Positions 52,420 to 64,000 of a stretch of 64,000 nt of DNA are shown piece by piece. Numbering within the stretch: the stretch's first letter is position 1; every line of letters begins with the position of its first letter. The position numbers were made by a program, and so were the translations under genes. The notes beneath the pieces were generated by a model. The model searched no databases and was not told where the DNA came from. It saw nothing but the letters and a program-made list of their open reading frames with translations. The stretch is from contig NC_081361.1 of assembly GCF_030684315.1 (NCBI RefSeq), positions 16,295,861 through 16,359,860 of the forward strand, written 5' to 3'. The stretch is from Stegostoma tigrinum. Taxonomy: Eukaryota.

Positions 52420-53062
52420 TGTTATGGACCAGACAAGACCCGTTAATAATATTTTAAGAAGGTAGCCTTGGCCTACACTTTTCCTTATTTTAAAGTGCTG
52501 TGTTTCAGTTGCAATATGACTGGTCAAACTACCCGGTGTTAAGCAAAACACAATTTATTTACACACTGTAGTTAAAATACAACAAAAGAAAGATAGATTT
52601 AGAAAAACAACTCCATCAGAAAACTTAAATTAATACATACAGGAATGATTTCTAATTAACTATTCCGATCTAGTAATTCCCCACAAATGCACCCCTTGGC
52701 AAAAAGGCAAATGCAAAACATAGATTGCCTCACATGCAACCTGGTAACAGGGAGAGCAAACAAAAATCAAGCGAAACCTCAGAAAGAGTAACAGCCAAGA
52801 GACATTTACTGCAGTTCCCAACCCTATTGAGACTCCAACAGCAAATGATGTTGAATCTCAAAATGAAACAACTAAAAACTAGACACCATATTCTGTGAAA
52901 GCTGGCCACACCCAGCAGCAGGCTGCTTCTATTATTCCAACTTTATCAAAAACCCAAGTCCTCACAAGCAGTTTACTTCACTGGCATTCCAAATAGACGG
53001 CTTGTTACCTCTCTCTTAAAACACCAGGATGAAATAACCTCTCAAGGCCACAGTTCTATTAC
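52420..53062 (-). mobile_element. Probable solo LTR
   Basis: Starts TGTTAT; aatttattt (minus-strand poly(A) signal) as in the Gmr1 LTRs; right end uncertain. Confidence 0.45.
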
Positions 53063-53199
53063 CTGCCTTTCCTTTCCTGTCAGCCCCTCCTTCTGTCTAC
53101 CTCTTCTGTTAATTCCGTATTTATATGGATTTTTAGGTAAATCAACCATTTACATAGATTAGCCTTTTAAATTGAGTCTCACTTGCCTGCCCCACCAGA

Positions 53200-54250
53200 T
53201 TTATTCAGAAGTCAAATGACACTAGGTTACAGTCAACAAGTTTATTTGAAAACACACGAGCTTTCTTAGCTCAGCTCCTTTGTCAACTGCAGTGAAAGAG
53301 GAGAGCACACAGACACATGGTTTATCGTCAGAGAGATCAAGTGCAGAGAGATCAAAAGATCATACAACTGGTGTGAGTGGGGTGTCAGATAATAAACCTC
53401 AAGAGTGATAGATGGCGATTAAGTGTTTATAAAATCAATGTCAGTGCTGTGCTGTCAGACAGTCAGGCAGAGCCATGGGATTATACAAAAGGTGACATCT
53501 CAGGTCAGACACTGAATTGTAGGTGTGAGGCCTTGTTTAAAATCTGTCTCAGAGTTTTAACCTGGAACCAGACTTGTTTTATTCCAAGAATAGCATTTAT
53601 GAGACACCACACTGATTGACTGTGAATACAATTTGTGTGCTTTTTGAACAAAATAGAATATATCTACAGATAATCAAATATCTTGGATGAAATGATTCAC
53701 CCCATAAATTTGTGTGTGTATGAGAGAGAGAGAGAGACAGTGTGTTGAGAGAGAATCTCTGAGAGTGAGTGTATNNNNNNNNNNNNNNNNNNNNNNNNNN
53801 NNNNNNNNNNNNNNNNNNNNNNNNNNNNNNNNNNNNNNNNNNNNNNNNNNNNNNNNNNNNNNNNNNNNNNNNNNNNNNNNNNNNNNNNNNNNNNNNNNNN
53901 NNNNNNNNNNNNNNAGTGTGAGAGCATACATATGTGAGTGTACGTGTGTGTGTGAGAGAACGTAATAAGTAATTCAAAACAGTACCAACAAATAAGGTAA
54001 AGAAATCATAAGAATTTATTGAGGTGATGCTGTCAAAACAAAACAGGAAAGAAGATTTTACAGATACAAGACTTTGTGGTGGGGTCACCATGAATTGCAG
54101 CATGGACTCAAGATAATGGTTGGGGCCATCTTCATAAGTACTGAACTTGGCTATCAGCCTCTGCTTGGCAATTCTGAGTTGATGTATATCTCAGAAGATG
54201 CCTTGGAGGACATTTACTGGAAGATAAGAGGCGAAATGTCCTTGATTGCT
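53200..54250 (-). mobile_element. PLE family B 3' part, spans an assembly gap
   Basis: GIY-YIG C-terminal remnant on the minus strand at about 54100-54250 (AKQRLIAKFSTYEDGPN); degenerate HHR at about 53258-53287. Confidence 0.75.
53775..53914. other. Assembly gap (140 N) within GA/GT microsatellite-rich sequence
   Basis: Directly visible. Confidence 0.99.
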
Positions 54251-54254
54251 AAAT

Positions 54255-54800
54255 AAAAATGAAAAGAACTGCTGATGCTGTAAACCAGGAACAAAAACAG
54301 AAGTTGCTGGAGAAGCTCAACAGGCCTGGCAGCATTTGTGAAGAGGAAATCAGAGTTAATGTTTCGGGTTCAGCGACTCTTCCTCAGTTCTGACTCTTCT
54401 TCAGTGCGGCATCTCATAAATTCCTGTTTTTGGATAAAACAAGCCTAATTCCAGTTTTGAGGGAGGGTCACCGGGCATATCCCACGTAATTGGGGCCCAT
54501 GCAGGTACCCATGGCCAGCCCTCCTCCCTGCAAAAAGTAAGAGAAGTTGAAAGAAAAGTTATTGAGGGCGAGGACAAGCTCATCCAAGCAGAGGACGGTG
54601 ATGGTGGGTGAGGACAGTTCAGGCTTTTCCTCCAGGAAGAGGTGGAAAGCCTTAAGACCATCTTGGTGAAGGATCAGCGTGCAAAGGGATTGCAAGTCCA
54701 TGGTACAGAAGAGGTGGCTGGAGCCTGCAAACTGGAAATTTTGAAACTGGCTTTAAGGATCAGAGGAACAGGACCAGGGGAGAGAAAATCAAGTCAAAAC
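54255..54800 (-). mobile_element. Rearranged PLE (family C): 3' end, short inverted piece, RT fragment
   Basis: ELVLALNNFSFNFSYFLQGGGLAMGTCMGPNY is a PLE RT motif. Confidence 0.82.
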
Positions 54801-56200
54801 AGTTGCCTAATTATTAGTTACTATTATCCGTGTTAACTTTGTGTCCTATATTTGTTCTAATAACTGAATTTGAACTCCGTAGGTGTCACCATGGGACTTG
54901 GAGTTTATGTTGCTGGACTTTTAGTTCAAGCCCTAGGCTCCCTTTTCCATTAATACAATGACTATACTGTCATTTCTTATTGTTATGTAGCTCTTCATTT
55001 GAGATTACATTCGGAGAGTGGAAAATTCACCATCTATGTTCTAATCTTTGCAGCTCATACACTCATCATACAGAGGATAAGAAGAATCTTCTCAAGAGCT
55101 AGTCACATATACAGCGGAATATGAAGTGTATTTTGTTTATTCCTTGAGTTTTAGAGCCACTGTTTTAATGTTATTGGCGCACAATACTTGGGGACAGAAG
55201 AAGGGATGTAATCCATTTACATTCCCCATTCCTGTCCAAGTGAATCACATCAACAAGAGTGCAAAATCAATAGGGCTTTTGTGAAATTGAGTACCTACAA
55301 TGCTGAAATGTGCAGAAAGTAGTTATATTACATCTGGAGCTGTGGGTATGTTACATGCACCCATCAGCTCCCATTACACGGGCTTCTCTTCATCATCTTC
55401 AAAGCTTTAATGATACTATCAGGCTTTGTCTGGTCGCTGTCAAAGTCTCAAATACTGAAAGGAACAATGATCTAAGAAAAATTACAATTATAATAATCCA
55501 TCATTTTCATGCTGAAAAGTATGACATCCCTGAAGAGCGACATTTAAAGTGAACATTTTAAACCTCAAATTGTCAACCATTTTAATTAATCATAAACACA
55601 TTTCCGGTCTAAATTCCAGAAGAAACTGAAAGGGTTTTAACACAATGTATTTTCAGCCCATGCGGATCAGAACTTTTAAGTGCTACCTCAGATTACACTT
55701 TGCTCAAATATACCAGAAAGGGGAGAAAATGGTTTGATCATGCTTTTAGCTCTGTAAGATTGTTGGAACAATTCAGAAAGAATGGAACTTTCTCAAGTTT
55801 TCAACCTCTGATGCTCCCAACCTTTGTTGAAAAATTAGTGTTCAAATGTGAAGTTTCATTTATCCCTCAACTATTTTCTCCATTACCTGCAATTCAAACT
55901 TGTTCCATTTACTTTTATATAATGAAAGCTTGAAAGCTGACTCCATACTTTGTACAACAGCAACACCATGTCAGGGAGAAGATGAGGTAAATTGAAAAGT
56001 AATTTAATTACCTTTAAATTTGGGTTGCAGAAGTCTGATGGCAAAAGTGCAGAGTATTCAAGGAAATAGAGCATGACGGTTTCCAGGATACAAGGATCCT
56101 GAAAAAGAATGTTGGATAAGGGTGTCACAATGTCTCCAAACCTCTGCTTGGAATTTGCCATTTTGATGATAATGCTGCCTTGACGTCCTATGGGACCCGA

Positions 56201-56628
56201 AGGTTGAAGGAATAGCAACTCATATTCCACTTGGGAACTCTGCAGCCCAATGATATCAATGTGGACTTCACACACTTCAAAATCTCCCCTCCCCCAACTG
56301 CTTCCCAAAACCAGCCCAGATCATCTTCGCCTCCCTCTCACCTATCCCCTCCTCCCACCTCAAGCCGCACCTCCATTTCCCACCTACTAACCTTATCCCA
56401 CCTCCTTGACCTGTCCGTCCTCCCCAGACTGACCTATCCCCTCCCCACCTCCCCACCTATACTCCCCTCTCCACCTATCTTCTCCTCTATCTTTCTTTAG
56501 TCCACCTCCCCCTCTCTCCTCATCCCCCCTCTCTGATGAAGGGTCTAGGCCCGAAACATCAGTTTTTGTGCTCCTAAGATGCTGCTTGGCCTGCTGTGTT
56601 CATCCAGCTCCACACTTTGTTATCTTGG
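56201..56628 (+). mobile_element. PLE family A GIY-YIG end plus pLTR, tail-less
   Basis: LGTLQPNDINVDFTHFKISPPP; HHR at about 56534-56561; degenerate TSD gacgtcctatgggac / ggcatcctaaggcac. Confidence 0.9.
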
Positions 56629-56689
56629 CATCCTAAGGCACTGTTTTTGTTTTGGAGAAAAGATTGTGTTTTTTTTCGTATATTCTCAG

Positions 56690-57420
56690 ACTATAAGAAA
56701 GCTGTTGTGAAACTTGAAAGGGTTCAGAAAAGATTTTCAAGGATGTTAGATAACAAGGTGTAGAGTTGGATGAACACAGCAGGCCAAGCAGCATCAGAGG
56801 AGCAGGAAGGCTGACGTTTCAGACCTAGAACCTTCTGCCCAAAATGTCAGCCTTCCTGCTCCTCTGATTCTGCTTGGCCTGCTGTGTTCATCCAGCTCTA
56901 CACCTTCTTATCTCAGTTTCTCCAGCATCTGCAGTTCCTACTATCTCTTTACAAGGATGTTACCAGGGTTGGTGGGCTTGAGTAATGGAGAGAGGCTGAA
57001 TAGGCTTGGGCTATTTTCCCTGGAGCATTGGAGGCTGATGGGTGGCCTTAAAGAGGTCTATAAATCATGAGGGGCATGGACAGGGTGAATAGCCATGGTC
57101 TTTTCCCCAGGATAGAGGAGTCCAAAAGTAGAGGGCATAGGTTTAAGGTGACAAGGGCAAGATTTAAAAGGGACCTATCGTGCAACTTTTTCACACAAAG
57201 GGCAGTAATGTATGGAATGAGCTGCCAGAGAAGGTGGTGGAGGCTGTGCAATTACAACATTTAAAAAGCATCTGGATTGGTATATGAATAGGAAGGGTTT
57301 GGAGGGATATGGGCCAAATGCTGGTAAATGGAACTAGATTGATTTCGAATGTCTGGTCAGAACGGGCAGGTTAGACTGAAGTGTTTGATTCTGTGCTGTA
57401 CATCTCTATGAGTCTAAAAT
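56690..57420 (+). mobile_element. CR1 3' end interrupted by a mini-PLE
   Basis: KLERVQKRF; MRGMDRVNSHGLFPRIEESKSRGHRFKV. Confidence 0.88.
56749..56947 (+). mobile_element. Mini-PLE hairpin
   Basis: TSD TTT(T/A)CAAGGATGTTA 56734-56748 / 56948-56962; junction within HHR stem II. Confidence 0.9.
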
Positions 57421-58450
57421 GCTATGACACTATGTATGTGAGAGTTTGCTGTAGAGCATGGAACTGCTGCAGAAGTTAGCTTTTATTCTGCATATTTATG
57501 TTCAAGTTAGATCTACAAACTCAGTGCTCCATAAGATGGATGTTCAGTCAAAGGGGAGTGCTGGATTAGTAACAGAAGGATTTATTGATTGACATGTTGT
57601 GGAAATGCCCTCAAATAAATTTTCCTTTTCCCAAAGTGGTGCTTCATGTCAGAGCCTCCCTAAGTGTTCGTCAAATCTTGCCTTTCTAATGTTCTAAGGG
57701 GATTTTGTTAGATTTCTCCAGGTGATTAGTTATTAAATGATGGATTGTGCAAATTAAGCATTGTTAGAAATGATTGTTTTCACACTTTATTTAATTTATG
57801 GCATGATTATCACCAGCACTCCAAGAGCTGTTGAGGCTGCTTTTAGATGCCAATTAATCAACAGCCATTATATTGCACATCATTTATCTTAGAATCTCAC
57901 TACATTGCTTTCTTGTGCAGGTTCCCATCCTTTTGGCGTTGGTTGCTATTGAGATGTCTTTCTGACCCCATTTCACTGGAAATTGCAACATTGGCAGTAG
58001 CATGCTTGAAAATCTTTTACCTTTTCTTTTTGAATCATGACATTGTGTCCTTTGGCATATTGTATTCATTTTCTCGGTCAAAATCTCCCTTTTCTCAATT
58101 GTACAGCGAAGAAGTTTAAAATAAATGTATTATGTTAATGTGTTATTTTCTTAGTGCATGATAATTATGTCACAAAATGTTATTTTCCACTAGCCTAGTG
58201 AAGCATGTGTTGTAAAGAAATGATCTCCTGGAGCTAAATGACGCTTTCTGGAGACTCCATTCTTAAGTCTTAATGCCATTTGTGCTATTATTGTACACCA
58301 GCCATTCTTTACTTTTGATGTAGGAAACACTTCATCAGTTTCAAATAACAGCTTATATTCATGTTGGCCACTGGTTCACATGCAAATAGACACAATGACT
58401 TATTAACACAGCAAAGCATAATTAACATTGTCATCCCATTTTGCCATTTT

Positions 58451-58810
58451 GAGTCATAGAGCCATAGAGATGTACAGCATGGAAACAGACTCTTCGGTCC
58501 AACTTATCCATGCAGAACTGAATCCCGAAATTAATCTAGTCCAATTTGCCAGCATTTAGCCCATATCCTTCTAAACCCTTCCTATTCACGTAGCCATCCA
58601 GATGACTTTTAAATGCTGCAATTGTACTAGCCTCCACCACTTCCTCTGGCAGCTCATTCCATATATGCACCACCATCCCTGTGAAAATGTTGCCCTTAGG
58701 TCCCTTTTAAAACTTTACCCTTTCACCTGAGACCCTTCAATTTTAGACTCCCCCACCCGGGGGTAAGGTCCTTGGCTAGTGACTCTATCCATGACCATCC
58801 TGATTTTATC
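58451..58810 (-). mobile_element. CR1 3' end
   Basis: (catagag)n tail, cagcatggaaacagac. Confidence 0.85.
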
Positions 58811-59384
58811 CGACATTATTTCCGCTTGTAGCTTTCCATCAGCTTCATCCTCTCCTGGTCGTAACTCCCTAAATCCAAGCTGCCCTCCACCAAACACTAT
58901 ATGACTCACTGTATAACAGCGTGTTCCCATCCTGTTCTTGTGCAGCTTGGTCCTTAAATCCAGTTCAGAATTTTGTGCCAAAGACAATTCCTGTTAACAA
59001 ACATAATCAATGATTTGCATTAATTTTACTATGTCTTTGCAGACAGTATTTAGACACTCCAGGACCCGACTTTAACTTGCCATATCGGTTTGGGTTTTGT
59101 GTGAGTTAAAGTCTCATTCAGATTTCTCTCTGGAAGATTCATCTGTACAATCAGCTGCCTGGTACTCTTAAACATGACTATATTTTATTATCCAAAGGAA
59201 GCAACTAATCCTTTAATGTAGTTGCAGTGTGTCCAACACAGATTTGGCATGGTTTTCAGGATAAGGGTCACTATCGTCTTTCCTAGCTTCAGATGTTATG
59301 CCCAATCTGAAGTCAAAGGACCAAACCTGGTAACTTCCTCGATTGTTGTCCTGACTTTCAAAATGAGGGAGAGGAGCAAGATGG

Positions 59385-60390
59385 GAGCATAAGAAGTATG
59401 AACAGGAATTAGGATTTGGCCCTTCAAAACTGTTTTGCCATCAATAAGATTATGACTTACCCGTTCCACACCTCAACTCCTCTTCCATACTCGCTCCTCA
59501 CAGACCTCAACTCTTGGTACTTCAAAAATCTGTCAAACTTCTCGTTAAATACTTTCAATGATATAGACTCCACAATTCTCTCTGAGGTGGAAAATTCCAG
59601 ACATTCGCTATCATCTAAGGGAAGAAATTTATTTGCTTCTCAGTTATAAATGAGTGTCCACTTATTCTATAAGTATGTCCCCTAGTTTGAGATTCCAGCA
59701 ACTAGTGGAATCATCTTTTCTACATCTCCCCTGTCATATTTCCTCAAAATTTTGTTTATTTCAATAAGATCTCCCTTCATTTTCCTAAACTCCAATGAAT
59801 AAAGTCCCAACCTTTCAGTTAGTCTAGGTAAATCAATCCCTTCATTCCAGAATCCGCCTAGTGAGTCTCTGTTCAGCTCCTGTCAATGCCAGTGTATCCA
59901 TTCTTAAACAGGCCAGAACTATACACAGTGCTCTAACCTCACAAACATTTTATTTTGGTATAACAATACTTTCCTGTTTTTAAGCTCCAGCCTCCTAGCA
60001 AAAAAGGTTAAAATTGATTTGCTTTCTTAATTACTTGCTGCATTTGCACGCTAACCTTTGGAGACTATGTGCCCAGATCCCTCTATGGTGCACCATTTTT
60101 TGAAGTCTCTACTTATTTAAATAATAATCTGCCTTTTGATTCTCCCTGCCAAGGTATATAACCTCACATTTTCCTACATTAAACACCATCAGTCAAGGTT
60201 TTTTTTTCCAACTCACTCAAACTTTCTACATTCCCTTTCAGATTCCATATGCTGTCATCACTACCTGCCTTCCTACCTATTTTTGTACCATTATCGAATT
60301 TTGATACATTGCTCTGCACCCCTCATCTATGTTATTAAAATAGAGCATAAATAATTTGGACACGAGGACTTATCTTTAAGGCACCCCAAT
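59385..60390 (-). mobile_element. Degenerate CR1 3' ~1 kb
   Basis: aagatctcccttcattttcctaaactccaatgaata (LYSLEFRK on the minus strand). Confidence 0.75.
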
Positions 60391-60392
60391 CA

Positions 60393-60645
60393 GGCAGCAC
60401 AGTGGCTTAGTGGTTAATACTGCTGCCTCAAAGTACTAGGAACTTAGGTTCAATTCCACCCTCAGCTGACTGTCTGTGTGGAGATTCCACATTCTCTATG
60501 CGCTTGTCTGGGTTTCCGTTGGGTGCTCTGGTTTCTTCCTACAGTCCAAAGATGTGCAGGTTGGCCATGCTAAATTGCCCATAGTGTCCAGGGATTTGCA
60601 AGCTAGGTGGGGTTGTGGAGATATGGTCGGGAGGTATGCCTGGGT
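60393..60645 (+). mobile_element. V-SINE
   Basis: ggcagcacagtggcttagtggttaatactgctgcctca. Confidence 0.85.
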
Positions 60646-61716
60646 ACACTTATCAAGGAGTGGTTCCTTTTACAGAGAACAGTGGATATCTACAATTAGC
60701 TGCTGCCTGTGAAACTGACTTCCTGTTTACCTTCATGTGCCATTCTGATCTGCTTAGTGTTAGCATTAGCCCAGGAACGTGGCACATATTCCAGGGAATT
60801 CAGCACCAGGGCCATCTGCAAGATAAGTTTTCATCCCTACATTTTGCACCCCCGCTCCAGAACAATCCTAAATTTCCACGTGGATTTTGCCTCTTTCGAT
60901 CAATTGATTTTGAGTGGAGTGAGCAGTGCAACAGATGGGTCAGAAATCCTTTGCCTTGCCATCATTATTCATATATTTCATATAAAGAGGTCAGGAGCCA
61001 AGGAAGATCCACTCTGGTGAGCAGGTTATTGCTGTTTGAACCCCTGACCCATTGTTATTAGGAAGGCAGTTTCAGTAATTGAATGAGTGTCCAGTAAGTA
61101 AATGGTGATACAATACCAGTTCAGTTGTGTGCCTTGATGGGAAATGTTAGGACGTGATACTTCCATTCATGTTCTGCCCTTGACCACAGGGGTATCCAAG
61201 ATACATTTCAATGTTATTTTTCTCTTACACACCAGAGAGCAAATTATGAAAGATAAGGTGTTGGAAATTTAACCTGCTCTTAACAAAACAACAGAACATG
61301 AACTTTTTCTATGAACAAGCTTCAAGCCAGAGGACTAACTTATTAGCTTATCTTCTGTCACTTGACATTGTATTCTTTGAAGACAACTTTCTTCTTTTTA
61401 CATGTCAAGCACGACATGCCCATATTCTGCTCAATAATTTTTTAAAAATATACATTTAAGAGCCTTTGAATTTTTGACATTCTTTTTCAAATTTCTTTTC
61501 ATTGCCTGGGAGCTGCCATATTGTTAAGTATAATCCAGGAGTGCTGTGTGAGGTATTTAGAGTGGTCCTGAACACTGTACACTTTCTCAGGGAAAATCCC
61601 TGAGTTTGATACAGCTGAAGATATTTGAGCCTAAAGCAATCCAGAATAACCCTTGCAGTGATGTCTGTGACTGGGACAATTGGCCTCCAACAAACACAAT
61701 CATCTTCCTTTGTATC

Positions 61717-63158
61717 AGAGATAATGGGGACTGCAGATGCTGGAGATTCCAAGATAATAAAATGTGGGGCTGGATGAACACAGCAGGCCAAGCAGCATCT
61801 CAGGAGCACAAAAGCTGACGTTTCGGGCCTAGACCCTTCATCAGAGAGGGGGATGGGGGGAGGGAACTGGAATAAATAGGGAGAGAGGGGGAGGCGGACC
61901 GAAGATGGAGAGTAAAGAAGATAGGTGGAGAGGGTGTAGGTGGGGAGGTAGGGAGGGGATAGGTCAGTCCAGGGAAGACGGACAGGTCAAGGAGGTGGGA
62001 TGAGGTTAGTAGGTAGCTGGGGGTGCGGCTTGGGGTGGGAGGAAGGGATGGGTGAGAGGAAGAACCGATTAGGGAGGCAGAGACAGGTTGGACTGGTTTT
62101 GGGATGCAGTGGGTGGGGGGGAAGAGCTGGGCTGGTTGTGTGGTGCAGTGGGGGGAGGGGATGAACTGGGCTGGTTTAGGGATGCGGTAGGGGAAGGGGA
62201 GATTTTGAAACTGGTGAAGTCCACATTGATACCATATGGCTGCAGGGTTCCCAGGCGGAATATAAGTTGCTGTTCCTGCAACCTTCGGGTGGCATCATTG
62301 TGGCAGTGCAGGAGGCCCATGATGGACATGTCATCAAGAGAATGGGAGGGGGAGTGGAAATGGTTTGCGACTGGGAGGTGATGTTGTTTGTTACGAACTG
62401 AGCGGAGGTGTTCTGCAAAGCGGTCCCCAAGCCTCCGCTTGGTTTCCCCAATGTAGAGGAAGCCGCACCGGGTACCGTGGATGCAGTATACCACATTGGC
62501 AGATGTGCAGGTGAACCTCTGCTTAATGTGGAATGTCATCTTGGGGCCTGGGATGGGGGTGAGGGAGGAGGTGTGGGGACAAGTGTAGCATTTCCTGCGG
62601 TTGCAGGGGAAGGTGCCGGGTATGGTGGGGTTGGAGGGCAGTGTGGAGCGAACAAGGGAGTCACGGAGAGAGTGGTCTCTCCGGAAAGCAGACAGGGGAG
62701 GGGATGGAAAAATGTCTTGGGTGGTGGGGTCGGATTGTAAATGGCAGAAGTGTCGGAGGATGATGCGTTGTATCCGGAGGTTGGTAGGGTGGTGTGTGAG
62801 AACGAGGGGGATCCTCTTGGGGCGGTTGTGGCGGGGGCGGGGTGTGAGGGATGTGTCGCGGGAGATGCGGGAGACGCGGTCAAGGGCATTCTCAATCACC
62901 GTGGGGGGAAAGTTGCGGTCCTTAAAGAGGACTTCCCTGGACTGACCTATCCCCTCCCTACCTCCCCACCTACACCCTCTCCACCTATCTTCTTTACTCT
63001 CCATCTTCGGTCCGCCTCCCCCTCTCTCCCTATTTATTCCAGTCCCCTCCCCCCATCCCCCTCTCTGATGAAGGGTCTAGGCCTGAAACGTCAGCTTTTG
63101 TGCTCCTGAGATGCTGCTTGGCCTGCTGTGTTCATCCAGCCCCACATTTTATTATCTT
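61717..63158 (-). mobile_element. Young Neptune-type Penelope-like element, 5'-truncated, with inverted pLTR
   Basis: TSD ATCATCTTCCTTTGT 61699-61713 / 63159-63173; inverted arms 61751-61977 and 62932-63158; HHR on both arms. Confidence 0.95.
62069..62930 (-). CDS. PLE ORF C-terminal part: RT thumb/linker, Cys motif, GIY-YIG endonuclease (no native start)
   Basis: Uninterrupted frame: CNRRKCYTC; NVVYCIHGTRCGFLYIGETKRRLGDRFAEH; VANHF; EQQLIFRLGTLQPYGIN. Confidence 0.92.
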
Positions 63159-63879
63159 ATCATCTTCCTTTGTGTTGGGCACATCTCCAAACAATACACT
63201 GCTTTTCTCTGATTCCCGCTGACGTCATTTTAGCTTGGACTCTTTTACATCACACTCATTCAAGGGCAGTCACTCTCGCCTCATTTTTAGAATTCACCAT
63301 TTTTGCCCATGCTTAGACGAAGGCTATAATGAGTTGAGTATTCTCGGCAGAACCCAGATTGAGTATCAGTGAGCAGATTATTGGTTAGTCAATGTTGTTT
63401 GACAGCACTGTCAACAACACCGTCCATCACATTGCTGATGTTTAAGAACATTCTGAAGGGAAAGTAAGTAGTTGAGTTTAATATGTCTCAAAGTTTTGTG
63501 AAACACTAGGCAATTTTCCATGTTACCAGGTAGTACCAGTGGTGATAAAGTATTGAAAAAGTTTGGCTGTGTGTGCATCTAGTTCAGGAGCGCTAATCTC
63601 CAGCGCTAAAACCAGGATACTCTCAAGGCCCATTGCCTTTCAAGTGTCCAGTGCCTTCACCCATTTCTTTACATGATATTAAATGAATCAAATGGTCTGA
63701 AGACTGGCATCTGTGATGCTGGGACCCCAGGAGGAGGCAAAATGGGCCATCCTCTTGGCATTTCTAGCAGTAGATGGTGGCAAATGCTTTATCCTTGTCT
63801 TTTGTACTGTTGTACTGGACTCCGTTCTCCAATGATTTGTTTGACTGCCCAACACTGTTCATGATTAGATGTATGAGGA

Positions 63880-64000
63880 GTGTTAAGCTTTTGATACTGA
63901 GACTGGAGGGATTGAGCTACAAGGAGAGGCTGGATAGACTGGGACATTTTTCCCTGGAGCGTAGCAGGCTGAGGCGGAACCTTATAGAAGCTTATAAGAT
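63880..64000 (+). mobile_element. CR1 ORF2 C-terminal fragment running off the window
   Basis: GLSYKERLDRLGHFSLERSRLRRNLIEAYK. Confidence 0.85.

Larger units (their letters stand above)
61590..63870 (-). mobile_element. Old LINE RT fragment hosting the young PLE
   Basis: LINE-like sequence continues across the TSD on both sides of the PLE. Confidence 0.6.

Noticed and set aside
53597-54103. ORFs spanning the N run
   Set aside because: Artefacts of the assembly gap.
4538-61809. Recurrent peptide SRPETSAFVLLRCCLACCVHPA in many ORFs
   Set aside because: Translation of the dispersed mini-PLE, in varying frames and strands; not a protein domain and not a CRISPR-like array.
62931-63004. ATG and N-terminus (MESKEDRW...) of the 311-aa ORF
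   Set aside because: Comes from the antisense strand of the inverted pLTR fused by chance in frame; not the native start.

Overview
Repeat-dense, non-genic (intronic or intergenic) vertebrate DNA. The repeat inventory (V-SINE/HE1-type SINEs, DeuSINE-like SINEs, many CR1 LINE ends, Penelope-like elements) points to a cartilaginous fish, probably a shark; this is inference. I recognise no host protein-coding exon. The dominant signal is Penelope-like retroelements (PLEs, Neptune-type GIY-YIG) of about three families, each with a minimal hammerhead ribozyme (HHR) motif near its 3' end. These include a 422-bp fold-back insertion with no arm mismatch seen (2889-3796), a young 1.4-kb copy with an open GIY-YIG frame and an inverted pLTR (about 61717-63158), and more than a dozen 90-250 bp mini-insertions. 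The minis mostly have 12-16 bp target-site duplications (TSDs) and their internal breakpoints cluster on the ribozyme; one folds back exactly at the predicted cleavage site. Also present: a decayed Gmr1-type LTR retrotransposon (integrase upstream of RT, 44032-50288) with triple nesting, a small TG..CA solo-LTR family, and an old CR1 carrying seven nested insertions. Coordinates were read by eye; boundaries of old repeats are approximate and family names come from recognition, not database search.
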